Shown here one piece after another: positions 35,792-44,833 of a stretch of 47,714 nucleotides of DNA. The notes under the pieces were generated by a model, which saw nothing but the letters and a program-made list of their open reading frames with translations, ran no database searches and was not told the DNA's origin. The position numbers and the translations under genes are program-made. The stretch lies in the UHGV virus genome UHGV-1354603. One strand, written 5' to 3'. Source of the stretch: a virus. The number at the start of each line of letters is the position of its first letter. Positions within the stretch are counted from its first letter, which is position 1.

Positions 35792-36093
35792 TACTTCCCC
35801 TGGTTCCAAGGATGCGCCTTGTCCGTGGGCATCCCGTGTTCATCGTGTCCGCCGATGAATCCGCCGTGCTCCACCCGCTGCTTGCGGGAGTCGTGACAAA
35901 ACTTGCAGAGCGCCTGCCAGTTATTCTCGTCCCAAAACAGCACGGGGTCCCCTCGGTGCGGGCGGATATGGTCGACCACGGCGTCGGCACCGCGCAGAGC
36001 CTTCCCGCACATCGCGCAAAACGGGTGTGCCCGCAAAAAGGCAATCCGCGCCTTGCGCCACTGCGCCCCATACATGCCGCTATGTTTGCCCAC
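35791..36093 (-). CDS. HNH endonuclease.
   Basis: CAMCGK...DHIRPH...NWQALCKFCHDSRKQ; adjacent to the terminase. Confidence 0.75.
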   Translation of the reverse strand: MGKHSGMYGAQWRKARIAFLRAHPFCAMCGKALRGADAVVDHIRPHRGDPVLFWDENNWQALCKFCHDSRKQRVEHGGFIGGHDEHGMPTDKAHPWNQGK

Positions 36094-36418
36094 AAATTAC
36101 CCCCTAAAATTTTCCCGAAACTGTGCGTAAAGGGGCACACCCGGTCACGGGCTATAGCGCTCTGAACATTTGATCCCCCCCTCACCCTTGCGATTCGTCC
36201 ACTTCAGACGCAATTTCCCCCCGAAAAGGTTCTCAAAGCAGTACGTCACGCGATATATCGGCCCAGCCATGCTACTCCGCCCGAGTCCCCGTGAAGGGCG
36301 GCTGTGCTCCGGCGTCGATATGCACAACCCTTTGAAAAGGCGACCGTTTATCCTGTACCCCGCTGCTGGCGGGCGATAGGCGACCGGGGGGAACGTCGCC
36401 GCGTGACTTTCTTACAAT
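36094..36418. other. Candidate cos/packaging-site region.
   Basis: Non-coding stretch between the lysis genes and the HNH-terminase pair, with several C5-7/G6 tracts. Confidence 0.3.
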
Positions 36419-36730
36419 CTATCCCCTGCGCTCAATCCATCGTTTGATCATTCCAAGAACGGCGTCGAGGATGGAGCCGCCGGAGTACCCGACCATGCCA
36501 ACGATAGCCCCAGCCATTGGTGCCGGGATGTCCTGACCGTATAGTGCGAGGATGCACAGCAGCCCGGAAATCCCGGAGCACAGCAGCCCACAAAGGAACT
36601 GACGCACGGAACGCACGCCAAAACGAGCAGCTCTAGCAACCCCGCCAAGAAGCGCAATGCCGATGTACGGCCAGGAATAGGCCGTTGCGTCAATCACATG
36701 ATGCGAGTCCTCAGGAGATAACGGCGTCAT
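36419..36730 (-). CDS. Multi-TM lysis-cassette membrane protein (holin-like).
   Basis: Several hydrophobic helices; overlaps the upstream gene. Confidence 0.4.
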   Translation of the reverse strand: MTPLSPEDSHHVIDATAYSWPYIGIALLGGVARAARFGVRSVRQFLCGLLCSGISGLLCILALYGQDIPAPMAGAIVGMVGYSGGSILDAVLGMIKRWIERRG

Positions 36731-37059
36731 CGCTCCTCCTCCACGCTCTTGATCCACAGGAGCAGGTTCCCGGCTTCCCCGGCGGGCAGGTGCACCCACT
36801 CGCCGGACTCGGTGAAACGATTTCCGCCGTAGATATACGACCAGTCACCCGTCACGACGGCCCCCGGCGTCAGCGGAGCCGGGCTTGTCGCGGCGGTCGG
36901 TTCCGCCCATCGAGCGCACCCACTCGCCGCCAGCGTCATCACGCACAGCAACGCGATCCGCAGCACGAGCAGCCTCGCGGCGTTCGCCGTACCGTTGGCG
37001 AAGCCACAACTTGAGGAGATCGACGAGCGCAGCGAGGAGCTCAAGGACGGCCCGCACAT
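36727..37059 (-). CDS. Putative o-spanin-like lipoprotein.
   Basis: Lipobox LAASGC; proline-rich mature region; embedded in the lysis cassette; the true start may be internal. Confidence 0.4.
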   Translation of the reverse strand: MCGPSLSSSLRSSISSSCGFANGTANAARLLVLRIALLCVMTLAASGCARWAEPTAATSPAPLTPGAVVTGDWSYIYGGNRFTESGEWVHLPAGEAGNLLLWIKSVEEER

Positions 37060-37349
37060 CACTTCCCCGTCACGGCCTTGACTTCGGCCTTCACGGTTTC
37101 GGACTTGCCGTCCGCCATGGCGCCCTTGTTCTGCCCGAAGTGCGCGGCGAGGGCATGGGCCCAGCGGTAGAAGACGGCATAAAGCCCGGTCTGTTCCTTG
37201 GGGACGGGCATCCAGACTGTAGCCACGGCGCACAGGCCGCACACGGTCATGACCACGCTCAGGGCTGTCACGATCCACGCCGCGTCTGGATACTGGGCGG
37301 CAAGGCTCGTCAACGTCGAAAGGATGAAATCAATCACGGTCGCTTCCAT
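37059..37349 (-). CDS. Holin-like two-TM protein.
   Basis: Start overlaps the endolysin stop (TGATGG); two TM helices and a charged C-terminus. Confidence 0.45.
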   Translation of the reverse strand: MEATVIDFILSTLTSLAAQYPDAAWIVTALSVVMTVCGLCAVATVWMPVPKEQTGLYAVFYRWAHALAAHFGQNKGAMADGKSETVKAEVKAVTGK

Positions 37350-37735
37350 CAGTACTTGCCTCCATGCTGGTAAAAGGCCACGTCGCGCGGCTTGTCGGGG
37401 TCGTTGTCCACATGGATCCACGTCGGAGCCAGCTCGACGCGCCGGAACCCGGCCTCAAGCAGGGCTTGCAGCATGGCGAAACGGGAATGGGAATCCACGC
37501 AGCGGATATCCACGGCGTAGCCGCGAGTGTGCGCTGAGGTGGGCACACCGCCGACCGCCCTGTTGTGTTTGGGGCAGCGGTAGGCGGAAGAAAGGGGAAA
37601 CGGGATGCCCGCCAGATCACGGGCCTCGTCGAGCATCTGGAGCAGATCGGCGTCCATCTTCTCCATGCCCGCGCCGCACCCGCACTTGCAGCGGAATTCG
37701 ACCGGGGAGAAGTGGCGCAAGGGAAGAACAGCCAT
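37349..37735 (-). CDS. Endolysin, peptidase M15 (D-Ala-D-Ala carboxypeptidase-like) family.
   Basis: SSAYRCPKHNRAVGG...SAHTRGYAVDI...HVD zinc-binding motifs. Confidence 0.75.
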   Translation of the reverse strand: MAVLPLRHFSPVEFRCKCGCGAGMEKMDADLLQMLDEARDLAGIPFPLSSAYRCPKHNRAVGGVPTSAHTRGYAVDIRCVDSHSRFAMLQALLEAGFRRVELAPTWIHVDNDPDKPRDVAFYQHGGKY

Positions 37736-37800
37736 AAAAAATATCCTCCTGCGTCCACTCTCGCACAAGAGAATAGGGGGAGGACACCGTGAACAAGATT

Positions 37801-38193
37801 CTACAACAGCCGATATTGCTGCTGTGGTTCCGGGTTCCCGCAAAGCTGCTTTTTGAGCCGACGGACGTACCTAGTGGTCACGCCAAGGGCTTCGGCGATG
37901 GCGTCCGGCTTCTCCCCTGCTTCCAGACGGGACAGGATACGTCCTTTGAACGGTTCACCACGGCGCAGGTTGGGCACGACGATCTGCATCCCCCCAAATT
38001 CTGTACAGAGTGCCGCCATACGCTGCCGACCAAGCAACTCCAGAAGAAAACCTGTGGGCTTCCGGGGGATAAAGTATGAACGTCCACCGCACTGTGCGCA
38101 GAGGATGACCGCCCCCACGTCACCGATGGACTCTGACAGTTCGAACTGGCTCACCCACACGTCACTCATGAGCACCAACCTTGTGTTCCCCAA
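37801..38193 (-). CDS. Mor/C-family transcriptional activator-like protein (paralog 2).
   Basis: ...GGRSYFIPR...IVVPN...ILSRLEAGEKPDAIAEALGVTTRYVRRL. Confidence 0.5.
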   Translation of the reverse strand: MGNTRLVLMSDVWVSQFELSESIGDVGAVILCAQCGGRSYFIPRKPTGFLLELLGRQRMAALCTEFGGMQIVVPNLRRGEPFKGRILSRLEAGEKPDAIAEALGVTTRYVRRLKKQLCGNPEPQQQYRLL

Positions 38194-38446
38194 GCCATAG
38201 CCGCAGTGCGGTCACAGCTACATCGAGGGCTTCGTCGCGGATACGTTCCGGAGTTTCGTGCTCAACGGCGTGTACAAGCTCACGGTACTCCCCCCCGATA
38301 ACACCAAGCGCGTGGTATTTGCCCTCAGCAAAAACAGGGTGCTTCACACGTGCTTCCGACAGCCGCTGCATGAGCGCCGCAAGAGCCTTTTCACCAAGTA
38401 TCGTGATGTCGATGTTATGCACTGATAGCCTCCCTGTGCGCGTCAA
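38162..38446 (-). CDS. Small MazG-like NTP pyrophosphohydrolase candidate.
   Basis: EYRELVHAVEHE...ERIRDEALDVAV matches the E..E...E..D pattern. Confidence 0.3.
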   Translation of the reverse strand: MTRTGRLSVHNIDITILGEKALAALMQRLSEARVKHPVFAEGKYHALGVIGGEYRELVHAVEHETPERIRDEALDVAVTALRLWLGEHKVGAHE

Positions 38447-38597
38447 GCTCGTCGGTATAAGCGCATACGCCGTACCCGAAATGAGTTGCCCTATCGCAAT
38501 CGTGGACGGGGTAGGCGTAGCGGATCATGAGCAGGCGACTAATTCCGGTGTACTCCGTAATGCGCTTCCAGCCGAGCAGCAATTTCCGTTCATTCAT
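38415..38597 (-). CDS. Hypothetical small protein.
   Basis: ORF coupled to its neighbours. Confidence 0.3.
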   Translation of the reverse strand: MNERKLLLGWKRITEYTGISRLLMIRYAYPVHDCDRATHFGYGVCAYTDELDAHREAISA

Positions 38598-39025
38598 TGC
38601 GCTTCCTCCTGTGTGTACACGGCTACCTCCCAATGCGGGACGGCGGCGTAGCGTTTTGAACAGCGTAGGGCCACCACTTGCTTATCATCCCTCCAGAACC
38701 CCGCGCGCGTCATGGCGTCTTTGAGCTGCTTCGCCATGTTGTCGAGGTCCGGCTTCTTCGTATGGGCGATTTCGCCGCGTAACATGGCCTCTAGCTGCTT
38801 TTTCGAGGTCGATGCAGGTATCGGCATCCCCGCGATGAATTCGAGTACGAGCGGCCCATCTAAAGGCTTTTCCGGGGCGCGCTTCGAAAGAAGATCGTCA
38901 AGCACGGCTTCCGCGCTCTTCTGCCCGGCAGACTTGTAAGCCACGCTGTGCCCACAACGGACGGTGTGCCGGACTCGGGCCTGTGCCGTGGGCGTGCAGG
39001 ACAAGGTGAAGCGTAAGACCGTCAT
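38594..39025 (-). CDS. rusA: RusA Holliday-junction resolvase.
   Basis: KPDLDNMAKQLKDAMTRAGFWRDDKQV. Confidence 0.75.
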   Translation of the reverse strand: MTVLRFTLSCTPTAQARVRHTVRCGHSVAYKSAGQKSAEAVLDDLLSKRAPEKPLDGPLVLEFIAGMPIPASTSKKQLEAMLRGEIAHTKKPDLDNMAKQLKDAMTRAGFWRDDKQVVALRCSKRYAAVPHWEVAVYTQEEAQ

Positions 39026-39441
39026 GACGCCGCCTTCCTGTTGTCCGAGGTTCTCGGCTGTTTTAAAATGCGCCACACCTGCCGTTCGGAAAGCCCGTGC
39101 AGCGTGGCGAGCCTGGCGACAAGTGCTCTTTCACTCAGCCCCTTGCGAGCCAACTCGTCCCGCTCGGCGTTGATGTCCATGTCCCGTGCGCGGATCTTCG
39201 CCCGGCGCAAAGTGGGGATATAGATTCTCGTACCGCCATAGGTGTGCAGAAAGTCGGAAAGGGCATCCTGCCCCAAGAAGGCGCACAATTCCCGAGTTAG
39301 CTGCGTCTTCCGGCTTTTGGCGGGAATAATAAGAGTTATACCCGCGAAGCGTTCAATCATGTGCCGGACAAAGGGCTTTCCGAAACGGTCGGACATGTCT
39401 TGCAGTGTTTCCGGCAACGATTCTTCCCTGTACGTGCTCAT
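39022..39441 (-). CDS. Mor/C-family transcriptional activator-like protein (paralog 1).
   Basis: AAGGAG RBS; ...GGTRIYIPT...LARKGLSERALVARLATLHGLSERQVWRIL. Confidence 0.55.
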   Translation of the reverse strand: MSTYREESLPETLQDMSDRFGKPFVRHMIERFAGITLIIPAKSRKTQLTRELCAFLGQDALSDFLHTYGGTRIYIPTLRRAKIRARDMDINAERDELARKGLSERALVARLATLHGLSERQVWRILKQPRTSDNRKAAS

Positions 39442-39512
39442 CACACACTCCTTTTCGTCAAACACCCCTGCACACGCTCCGGGGCCGAAGATTTCACAGT
39501 ACCGTGGGCACA

Positions 39513-40922
39513 TCACAAATCGTTTTCCTGTACCGCAGGACGTCCGGCCCATGCTTCACCCTCGGTAAACTCAGAAAAAGCTTTTTCGAAACGCAAGAAC
39601 GATGCACCTGTTCCCGTGCTGCGGGATTTCCCGACTATGCATTTCACGTCTGGTCTGGCATTCGCACGATCCAAGTCACGAGTGTGCAGCAAAATGATGA
39701 TGTCCGCGTCCTGCTCAATCGCTCCAGACTCTCTGAGATCGGAAACCCGGGGCTCTCGCTTGCCCTCTTCGCTTGAACGATTGAGCTGGGAAAGCAGGAG
39801 CACAGGGACTTGCAGATCCATAGCCATTTGTTTGAAGGCTCTGGACATTTCTGCAATTTCACGCTCCCTGCTGGTGCTCTTCTCGTCGGGATGCAAAAGC
39901 TGGAGATAGTCCACCACGATAAGCCCCAAGTCTTTAATGCCCCGCGCCAGCCTGCGGACTTCGCGGGGGCACATGGGCACAGTTGACTTTTCCACGATGG
40001 ACAAGGGAAGGGCTTCAAGCTGCCCTATGGCGGCGTCAATGGCTCCACGGATATGCGGCGTGACGCCCATCCCTTCACGGAAAAACCGTCCGTCGATACG
40101 CCCTACGCGGGAGATGAGACGATGCCCAAGGCTTTCGTCGCTCATCTCGCATGAGACAAAGAGCACACCCATTCCGCGCCATGCGGCACCCAACGCCACA
40201 TTTGCGGCTAAGGCCGTCTTTCCAAGGCCGGGACGAGCGGCAAGGACGATCAATTCCCCCGGCATGAATCCCCCACGCAAAACGCTGTTCAAGCTTTTCC
40301 ACGGAGTCTGAATCTTGCGCAGCGATTGCGGATTATCGAGCTTTGCCCGAATGCGGCCCATGAGGTTCGACATAGTTACGGCTTCCTGAATCCCTCCCGA
40401 AGCTTCAACAAGCTTTCGGGCACGGTCAGCGATGTATTCGGAGTCCACGCCGTAAACCGATGCTTCCGCAGCAATTTCGAGCAATCCGGCATGGAGTTCC
40501 GCCCGGCGATGTTCATCGGCAAGCTTTCGTGCCAAACTCTCGGCATGGCCTTTCAGCCCCCACGCGGATGTAGAAAGTTCAGCCATGCGCGCCATATCCG
40601 GGGCGGGCCAACGTTCAGGAGCTTTCGCCCAACGGGATTGCATCTGCGTTGCCAACGCGGTGAGGTTGGGACGTTGACCGGACTGCCGGAGCAAATCGAG
40701 AGCCACGGCAAGCGGCGCAGCTTCCGGCGTCACAAAACAACCTGCGGGGCAAATATCGAGTACATCCCCAAGCAAATGGGCATCCCGGTTCATGCCCGAG
40801 AGAGTCGCGGCAATGACGCTGGACTCAAGCTGTGCACGGGCTTCCGAGGCCATGACGGGCTTTGGCGCGGGAGCGTTCTGCCTGCGGGCCATGATGCCGC
40901 GTTCAAGCGTCTGGACTGCCAT
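39513..40922 (-). CDS. dnaB: Replicative DNA helicase DnaB.
   Basis: Walker A GARPGLGKTA, Walker B LIVVDYLQL, SQLNR motif; GGGAGGTG RBS before ATG 40922. Confidence 0.9.
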   Translation of the reverse strand: MAVQTLERGIMARRQNAPAPKPVMASEARAQLESSVIAATLSGMNRDAHLLGDVLDICPAGCFVTPEAAPLAVALDLLRQSGQRPNLTALATQMQSRWAKAPERWPAPDMARMAELSTSAWGLKGHAESLARKLADEHRRAELHAGLLEIAAEASVYGVDSEYIADRARKLVEASGGIQEAVTMSNLMGRIRAKLDNPQSLRKIQTPWKSLNSVLRGGFMPGELIVLAARPGLGKTALAANVALGAAWRGMGVLFVSCEMSDESLGHRLISRVGRIDGRFFREGMGVTPHIRGAIDAAIGQLEALPLSIVEKSTVPMCPREVRRLARGIKDLGLIVVDYLQLLHPDEKSTSREREIAEMSRAFKQMAMDLQVPVLLLSQLNRSSEEGKREPRVSDLRESGAIEQDADIIILLHTRDLDRANARPDVKCIVGKSRSTGTGASFLRFEKAFSEFTEGEAWAGRPAVQENDL

Positions 40923-40923
40923 T

Positions 40924-41880
40924 TCAAGCCACCTCCCGATTGTCGTACTTGCCTTCAATCACGCCCATAAATCCGCTTGGGGACATGAGCTTGTCGAAAT
41001 CCACCCGGTACACTGTCCCATCTCGAAAAGCCTTTTTGCCAGTGAGAAAATCAGACCGGGAAGCCCTTGCAAACAGCCGCCGAAAGTAATCCAGCCTTTC
41101 GGCGGCGGAGGTGTCCCTGTTCAGCATTCGCAGCCTCTCTCCGGCCTCTGTCCATCTGGCCTTCATTGCCCCCTTGCGCTTTGCGTTCACGATTGCAACC
41201 CGGGGATGTTCCGGGAAAGCCTCGTGATACAGGCCGACAATGGCGTCATAGGGGCAGGCTGGCGAGGCATGGGCCTGCCGCTTTTCGCCGGGCTGGGAGG
41301 CGTCGGCGGCTTCGGCGTCGACAACTACCCCGTCAGGGGTAGTATCTTCTTGAGTATTTATACGAAGAGCAGGAGAAGGAGCAGGAGTAGAACGATCCGT
41401 ACTACGTTCGTTCAACTCCGTATCTCCGTTCGTACTACGCCGTATATACGGCGTACCATCGGCGTACATACGATACTCTTCCTGCGTAAGTCCCTTCACT
41501 CCATCATCACGCATAGATTTAGCTATCTCGGGGAATTTTCTTGCAAAACGAGAAAGCCTTGCGGCATCGCTACGGGTATCGGCTTCACTTGCCCACAGGT
41601 TATGTACCTGCCAATCGTGCAGGGTGTACCCGTCAGGGCTTTCGTCAATCCACATACCAAGGCAGGTGTCGAAAAACTTCTGCTCCTCTCCCTGCCAGTC
41701 GGCGGCAAGCTCTACATCTTCCCAGTCCATGCCGGAAAGATTCCCGTCCGGGCGATTCACAGCAGCCCACGCCCACAGGATTTGAAGCGAGCGTATCCCC
41801 TCAAGTCCAAGACGGCGGGCGGTCTTCTTTGTCTTCGGGTGTTGCCAAAATCCAACTGAAAGGCGAAAATCGGTATTCAT
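40924..41880 (-). CDS. Putative replication initiation / replisome organizer protein.
   Basis: C-terminal conserved phage domain ...YFRRLFARASRSDFLTGK...FMGVIEGKYDNR; directly upstream of dnaB. Confidence 0.45.
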   Translation of the reverse strand: MNTDFRLSVGFWQHPKTKKTARRLGLEGIRSLQILWAWAAVNRPDGNLSGMDWEDVELAADWQGEEQKFFDTCLGMWIDESPDGYTLHDWQVHNLWASEADTRSDAARLSRFARKFPEIAKSMRDDGVKGLTQEEYRMYADGTPYIRRSTNGDTELNERSTDRSTPAPSPALRINTQEDTTPDGVVVDAEAADASQPGEKRQAHASPACPYDAIVGLYHEAFPEHPRVAIVNAKRKGAMKARWTEAGERLRMLNRDTSAAERLDYFRRLFARASRSDFLTGKKAFRDGTVYRVDFDKLMSPSGFMGVIEGKYDNREVA

Positions 41881-41904
41881 TATCTCACCTCAGGAGTTGG
41901 AAAT

Positions 41905-42108
41905 ATGGCAAGACTGACAGAACGCGCCGCAATGGAAATTTTTTGTAATACAAATGGGGGTATTACCATCAAACAAGATGGCTATGGGGATCATATTCCA
42001 GACGCGCTTGTAACCTTTGACTATCATGATGCGCCGATCATTATTGAAATGATTCAAAATGCGTGCGAAGAAGCCAAAGAATTTGAGAAAGTAAACCCAG
42101 AAAAATAA
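41905..42108 (+). CDS. Small acidic AT-rich moron protein on the opposite strand to the surrounding operon.
   Basis: AGGAG RBS; own downstream terminator; about 38% GC. Confidence 0.45.
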   Translation: MARLTERAAMEIFCNTNGGITIKQDGYGDHIPDALVTFDYHDAPIIIEMIQNACEEAKEFEKVNPEK

Positions 42109-42153
42109 CCTCTTTACTTTACTCTGCGATTCCATCATAATTACTCCGTCAGT

Positions 42154-42399
42154 TTAGTTGTTTTGGTTTGGCCCGGTGTTCCCGCATCGGGCCTTTTCTT
42201 TTGCCTCAAGCTCTACCTTCACCATATCCGGCCTCTTCTCGCAGTACAGGCGGCAGAAGTTCACGTCTTTGACGAACCCGTTTCGAGACGTCCACGCCGG
42301 GACTCCGTACTCTTTCGACCAGTCAGCAAAGCACAGGACGCGCCGCCCATCACGGTGAAGCCGACCGTGAAGGCAGGGGCCCGTCCCTACCAGTCCCAT
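42154..42399 (-). CDS. Hypothetical protein.
   Basis: ORF; its 3' end runs through the + strand terminator and is low-complexity. Confidence 0.3.
   Translation of the reverse strand: MGLVGTGPCLHGRLHRDGRRVLCFADWSKEYGVPAWTSRNGFVKDVNFCRLYCEKRPDMVKVELEAKEKARCGNTGPNQNN
42170..42205 (+). terminator. Rho-independent terminator for the moron.
   Basis: ggcccg-gtgttcccgcat-cgggcc + TTTTCTTTT. Confidence 0.4.
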
Positions 42400-42824
42400 T
42401 CCATGCCCCCGGCTCTTCTTCCGTGAAATTCGTATGAGGGAAGCCCCTCAGCGTCGGAGCCTTTGCGCAGCTTTTCCCAGCATTGAGGGCATCTGTAGTC
42501 AGTGATCCACCGCCCACAGCTCTTGCCGGCAACTCCAGCGCACAGGTGCTTGCCCTCGCGAGGGTCTGCCTTGTCCGCACTTTTTTTTGCGAGATACGCT
42601 TCCCGGCTCAAGCCGCTTTGCGCTGCGCTGGCACAGATGCGGGAGCAAAAACGCGGGTTCTTGCGGTTGAGGGGATTGAACTCCTTTCCGCAGCATTCGC
42701 ACTTGGCCTCTTTTTTCTGGGTGGCGGCAAGCTGGCACTCCTTTGAGCAGTACCTTGCCGAATGCTCACGGCTGGGAGCCACCTCAAACATCCGGCCGCA
42801 CTGTTGGCAAATCAGGATCGGCAT
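42387..42824 (-). CDS. Cys-rich multi-zinc-ribbon protein.
   Basis: CQQCG...CSKEC...CECCG...CSRIC...CPQC. Confidence 0.5.
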   Translation of the reverse strand: MPILICQQCGRMFEVAPSREHSARYCSKECQLAATQKKEAKCECCGKEFNPLNRKNPRFCSRICASAAQSGLSREAYLAKKSADKADPREGKHLCAGVAGKSCGRWITDYRCPQCWEKLRKGSDAEGLPSYEFHGRRAGGMEWDW

Positions 42825-43264
42825 TCTCCCTTCCTCCCTTCATGCTGCACAGCCGTCTCCGTTTCCATCAGGTCGATGATCAGGGCCCCCAACAGCTTTG
42901 CCCGCACCTTCTGCGGCGCATTCCTACGTATGGCCCTTTGCAGGTCTGCAAGACGCTCCACATCATCGAGCTGTTCGCCTTCCACGCCCTTGTCAGGTTC
43001 CGCACACATCGGAAGAAGCGAAAATCCGAGATCCGCCGCAAGAAGCTGGAGGGCGGACACGTCGCCCGTTTGATGCATGATGAACGCAGCCTGTTCCAAC
43101 CCGAGCTTGACGGACGTGCGGTCGGCGTAGGGATTGAGGACATTGCCGAGACTCGACGGAGCCATATCCATTTCCGCCGCCATTGCTCGGACGCCGCCGG
43201 GATACTTCTTCACCGCCGTCTGTACGGCTTCGATAACGTGTTCAAGTGTGGGGATTGTCATCAT
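42812..43264 (-). CDS. Putative CII-like phage regulatory protein.
   Basis: Position downstream of cro; 150-aa protein with HTH-like segment; family assignment is tentative. Confidence 0.35.
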   Translation of the reverse strand: MMTIPTLEHVIEAVQTAVKKYPGGVRAMAAEMDMAPSSLGNVLNPYADRTSVKLGLEQAAFIMHQTGDVSALQLLAADLGFSLLPMCAEPDKGVEGEQLDDVERLADLQRAIRRNAPQKVRAKLLGALIIDLMETETAVQHEGRKGECRS

Positions 43265-43451
43265 TTCACCGTTCATTCTGTTTGTGTGCCGCCCTATTCT
43301 GGGGGGCATGGAACTTGTTCACCTGCTCATCACCCGACGCGGCCCCGTGTGGCGCGTCCGCATCCTGTCCTGTGGCGTCATCCGCTGGAGGGCATACCGC
43401 GCCGCGGAGTACCCGACACCCGAGGCCGTGGTCCGGCGATGCGTGGAAGGA

Positions 43452-43592
43452 CTAGGCTTTCCAGCCACAATGAGGACAAACGCTCCCACGCGGGACAAGG
43501 GTTCCACATCGTGGACATTCCCCATCGGCGCGTTTGATCTCCCAACACAACCAGAGCAACATCGCCATCAACAGGAACAGCAGGCTAGACAT
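43452..43592 (-). CDS. 46-aa membrane-anchored zinc-ribbon peptide.
   Basis: MSSLLFLLMAMLLWLCWEIKRADGECPRCG...CPHCG. Confidence 0.25.
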   Translation of the reverse strand: MSSLLFLLMAMLLWLCWEIKRADGECPRCGTLVPRGSVCPHCGWKA

Positions 43593-43595
43593 GCT

Positions 43596-43741
43596 TCACC
43601 TCTTCGCCAGTCTTCTCTTGAGCCACATGACAAGATCAAAATCGAAAACTTTCTTGAAAAACACACAAAGTCCTGCGAATGCGGTCAGCCAGAGAGCTAT
43701 GAAAAGAACCAATGCTATGGAGGAAATGAACAGGCTAGCCA
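43596..43741 (-). CDS. 48-aa hydrophobic peptide.
   Basis: MASLFISSIALVLFIALWLTAFAGLCVFF... Confidence 0.25.
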
Positions 43742-43962
43742 TCCGTTTCTCCTTGTCCGGTGGGAGTGCTGGGGGCGGCTGTAAGCCGCTCTTCATTTCT
43801 AACTAAAAAGTCCAGCAATTTATCATAGGCGCTCTGTCGCCTTTTTGGAGCAGACAAGAGCCGACACAAGGTAACGGGATGGATGCCTACGGCTTTGGCA
43901 AGGGCTACTTGCGTCCATCCTCTCTTCTTCATCAGTTCTTTTGCAGCGTATTCGATATTCAT
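43735..43962 (-). CDS. cro: Cro/Ner-like HTH regulator.
   Basis: MNIEYAAKELMKKRGWTQVALAKAVGIHPVTLCRLL; divergent from the repressor gene. Confidence 0.6.
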   Translation of the reverse strand: MNIEYAAKELMKKRGWTQVALAKAVGIHPVTLCRLLSAPKRRQSAYDKLLDFLVRNEERLTAAPSTPTGQGETDG

Positions 43963-44054
43963 GTGGAAATATTAGCTCATTCGCTATTCAATGGTCAAGC
44001 GAATTTGCAAATTAAAAAATTGCTTTTATTAGCGCGTATGCTAATGGTGTAACC
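43963..44054. promoter_or_regulatory. Divergent cI/cro control region with operators O1 and O2 and a 12-bp palindrome.
   Basis: O1 ATTAGCtcattcGCTATT (43971-43988); O2 ATTAGCgcgtatGCTAAT (44028-44045); AATTTGCAAATT (44003-44014); pR-like -35 TTGACC / -10 TAATAT on the - strand. Confidence 0.55.
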
Positions 44055-44801
44055 ATGGGTAAAACAGACTGGATCATTAAATTTTTTGAGTCCAAAATTG
44101 GGCACGGGAAGGAATTCGCCACACGAGTTGATATGGCGAGATTTTTAGGGTTGTCCCCAACGCAACAGACAAAATTGTTCAATTTTTTGAAAGGTTCAGA
44201 CACGCAATATAAGGCCGTCCTAGATTGGTTTGAACGACTTGGGGGCAAGTTCGAATCGGAGACTACACCTTCTAAAAACGTCTGCTTCATCGATGCGCGT
44301 GTGGCCCCCGCAGGCAATGCTCTCCCCCCTCCCCCGGATGAAGACTACCTCGCCGTTCCCCTTGTGGAAGAAGTTGGCGCGGGGCCCGGCATCATTCCAC
44401 AAAATGAACTCATCTCGTGGTTCCTCGTCTGGCGTCACCAGCGGGCCATTCAACACAAGCGTGACCTCATTGCCGTCATGCTGGGCAAACACTCAACGTC
44501 TATGGTTCCCACGCTCAAGCCACAAGACATTGTGCTTGTAGACCGACAAGATAAAGACGTGATGAACTTCAAAGGTAGGATCATGCTTGTCCTCGATCCT
44601 TTCGACGGTAGCGGGAAAATCAAGCGTGTAGCGGCAGAAAACCAGCCGAAAAAGCGCGACTATCGCATCACCTACTATTCGGATAACGCCGCCGAGAATC
44701 CCCCCGAGGTCTACAGCCTTATGGAAGACTTCGATGGCGACTGGAACAAGTCCATCGTCGGGCGCGTCGTATGGGCGTGGAGTGACGTGAGCTGCAAATG
44801 A
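44055..44801 (+). CDS. cI: CI-like repressor with a C-terminal S24 (LexA-like) peptidase domain.
   Basis: C-terminal MVPTLKPQDIVLVDRQ...GRIMLV...GKIKRV Ser/Lys dyad region; N-terminal DNA-binding part. Confidence 0.8.
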   Translation: MGKTDWIIKFFESKIGHGKEFATRVDMARFLGLSPTQQTKLFNFLKGSDTQYKAVLDWFERLGGKFESETTPSKNVCFIDARVAPAGNALPPPPDEDYLAVPLVEEVGAGPGIIPQNELISWFLVWRHQRAIQHKRDLIAVMLGKHSTSMVPTLKPQDIVLVDRQDKDVMNFKGRIMLVLDPFDGSGKIKRVAAENQPKKRDYRITYYSDNAAENPPEVYSLMEDFDGDWNKSIVGRVVWAWSDVSCK

Positions 44802-44833
44802 AAATCCCCGCCGGAGCGGGGAAGGAGAAAGAA

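Noticed and set aside
41890-42138. 82-aa ORF on the - strand antisense to the moron gene.
   Set aside because: Hydrophobic junk-like translation (FFWVYFLKFFGFF); the + strand gene has a proper RBS and terminator.
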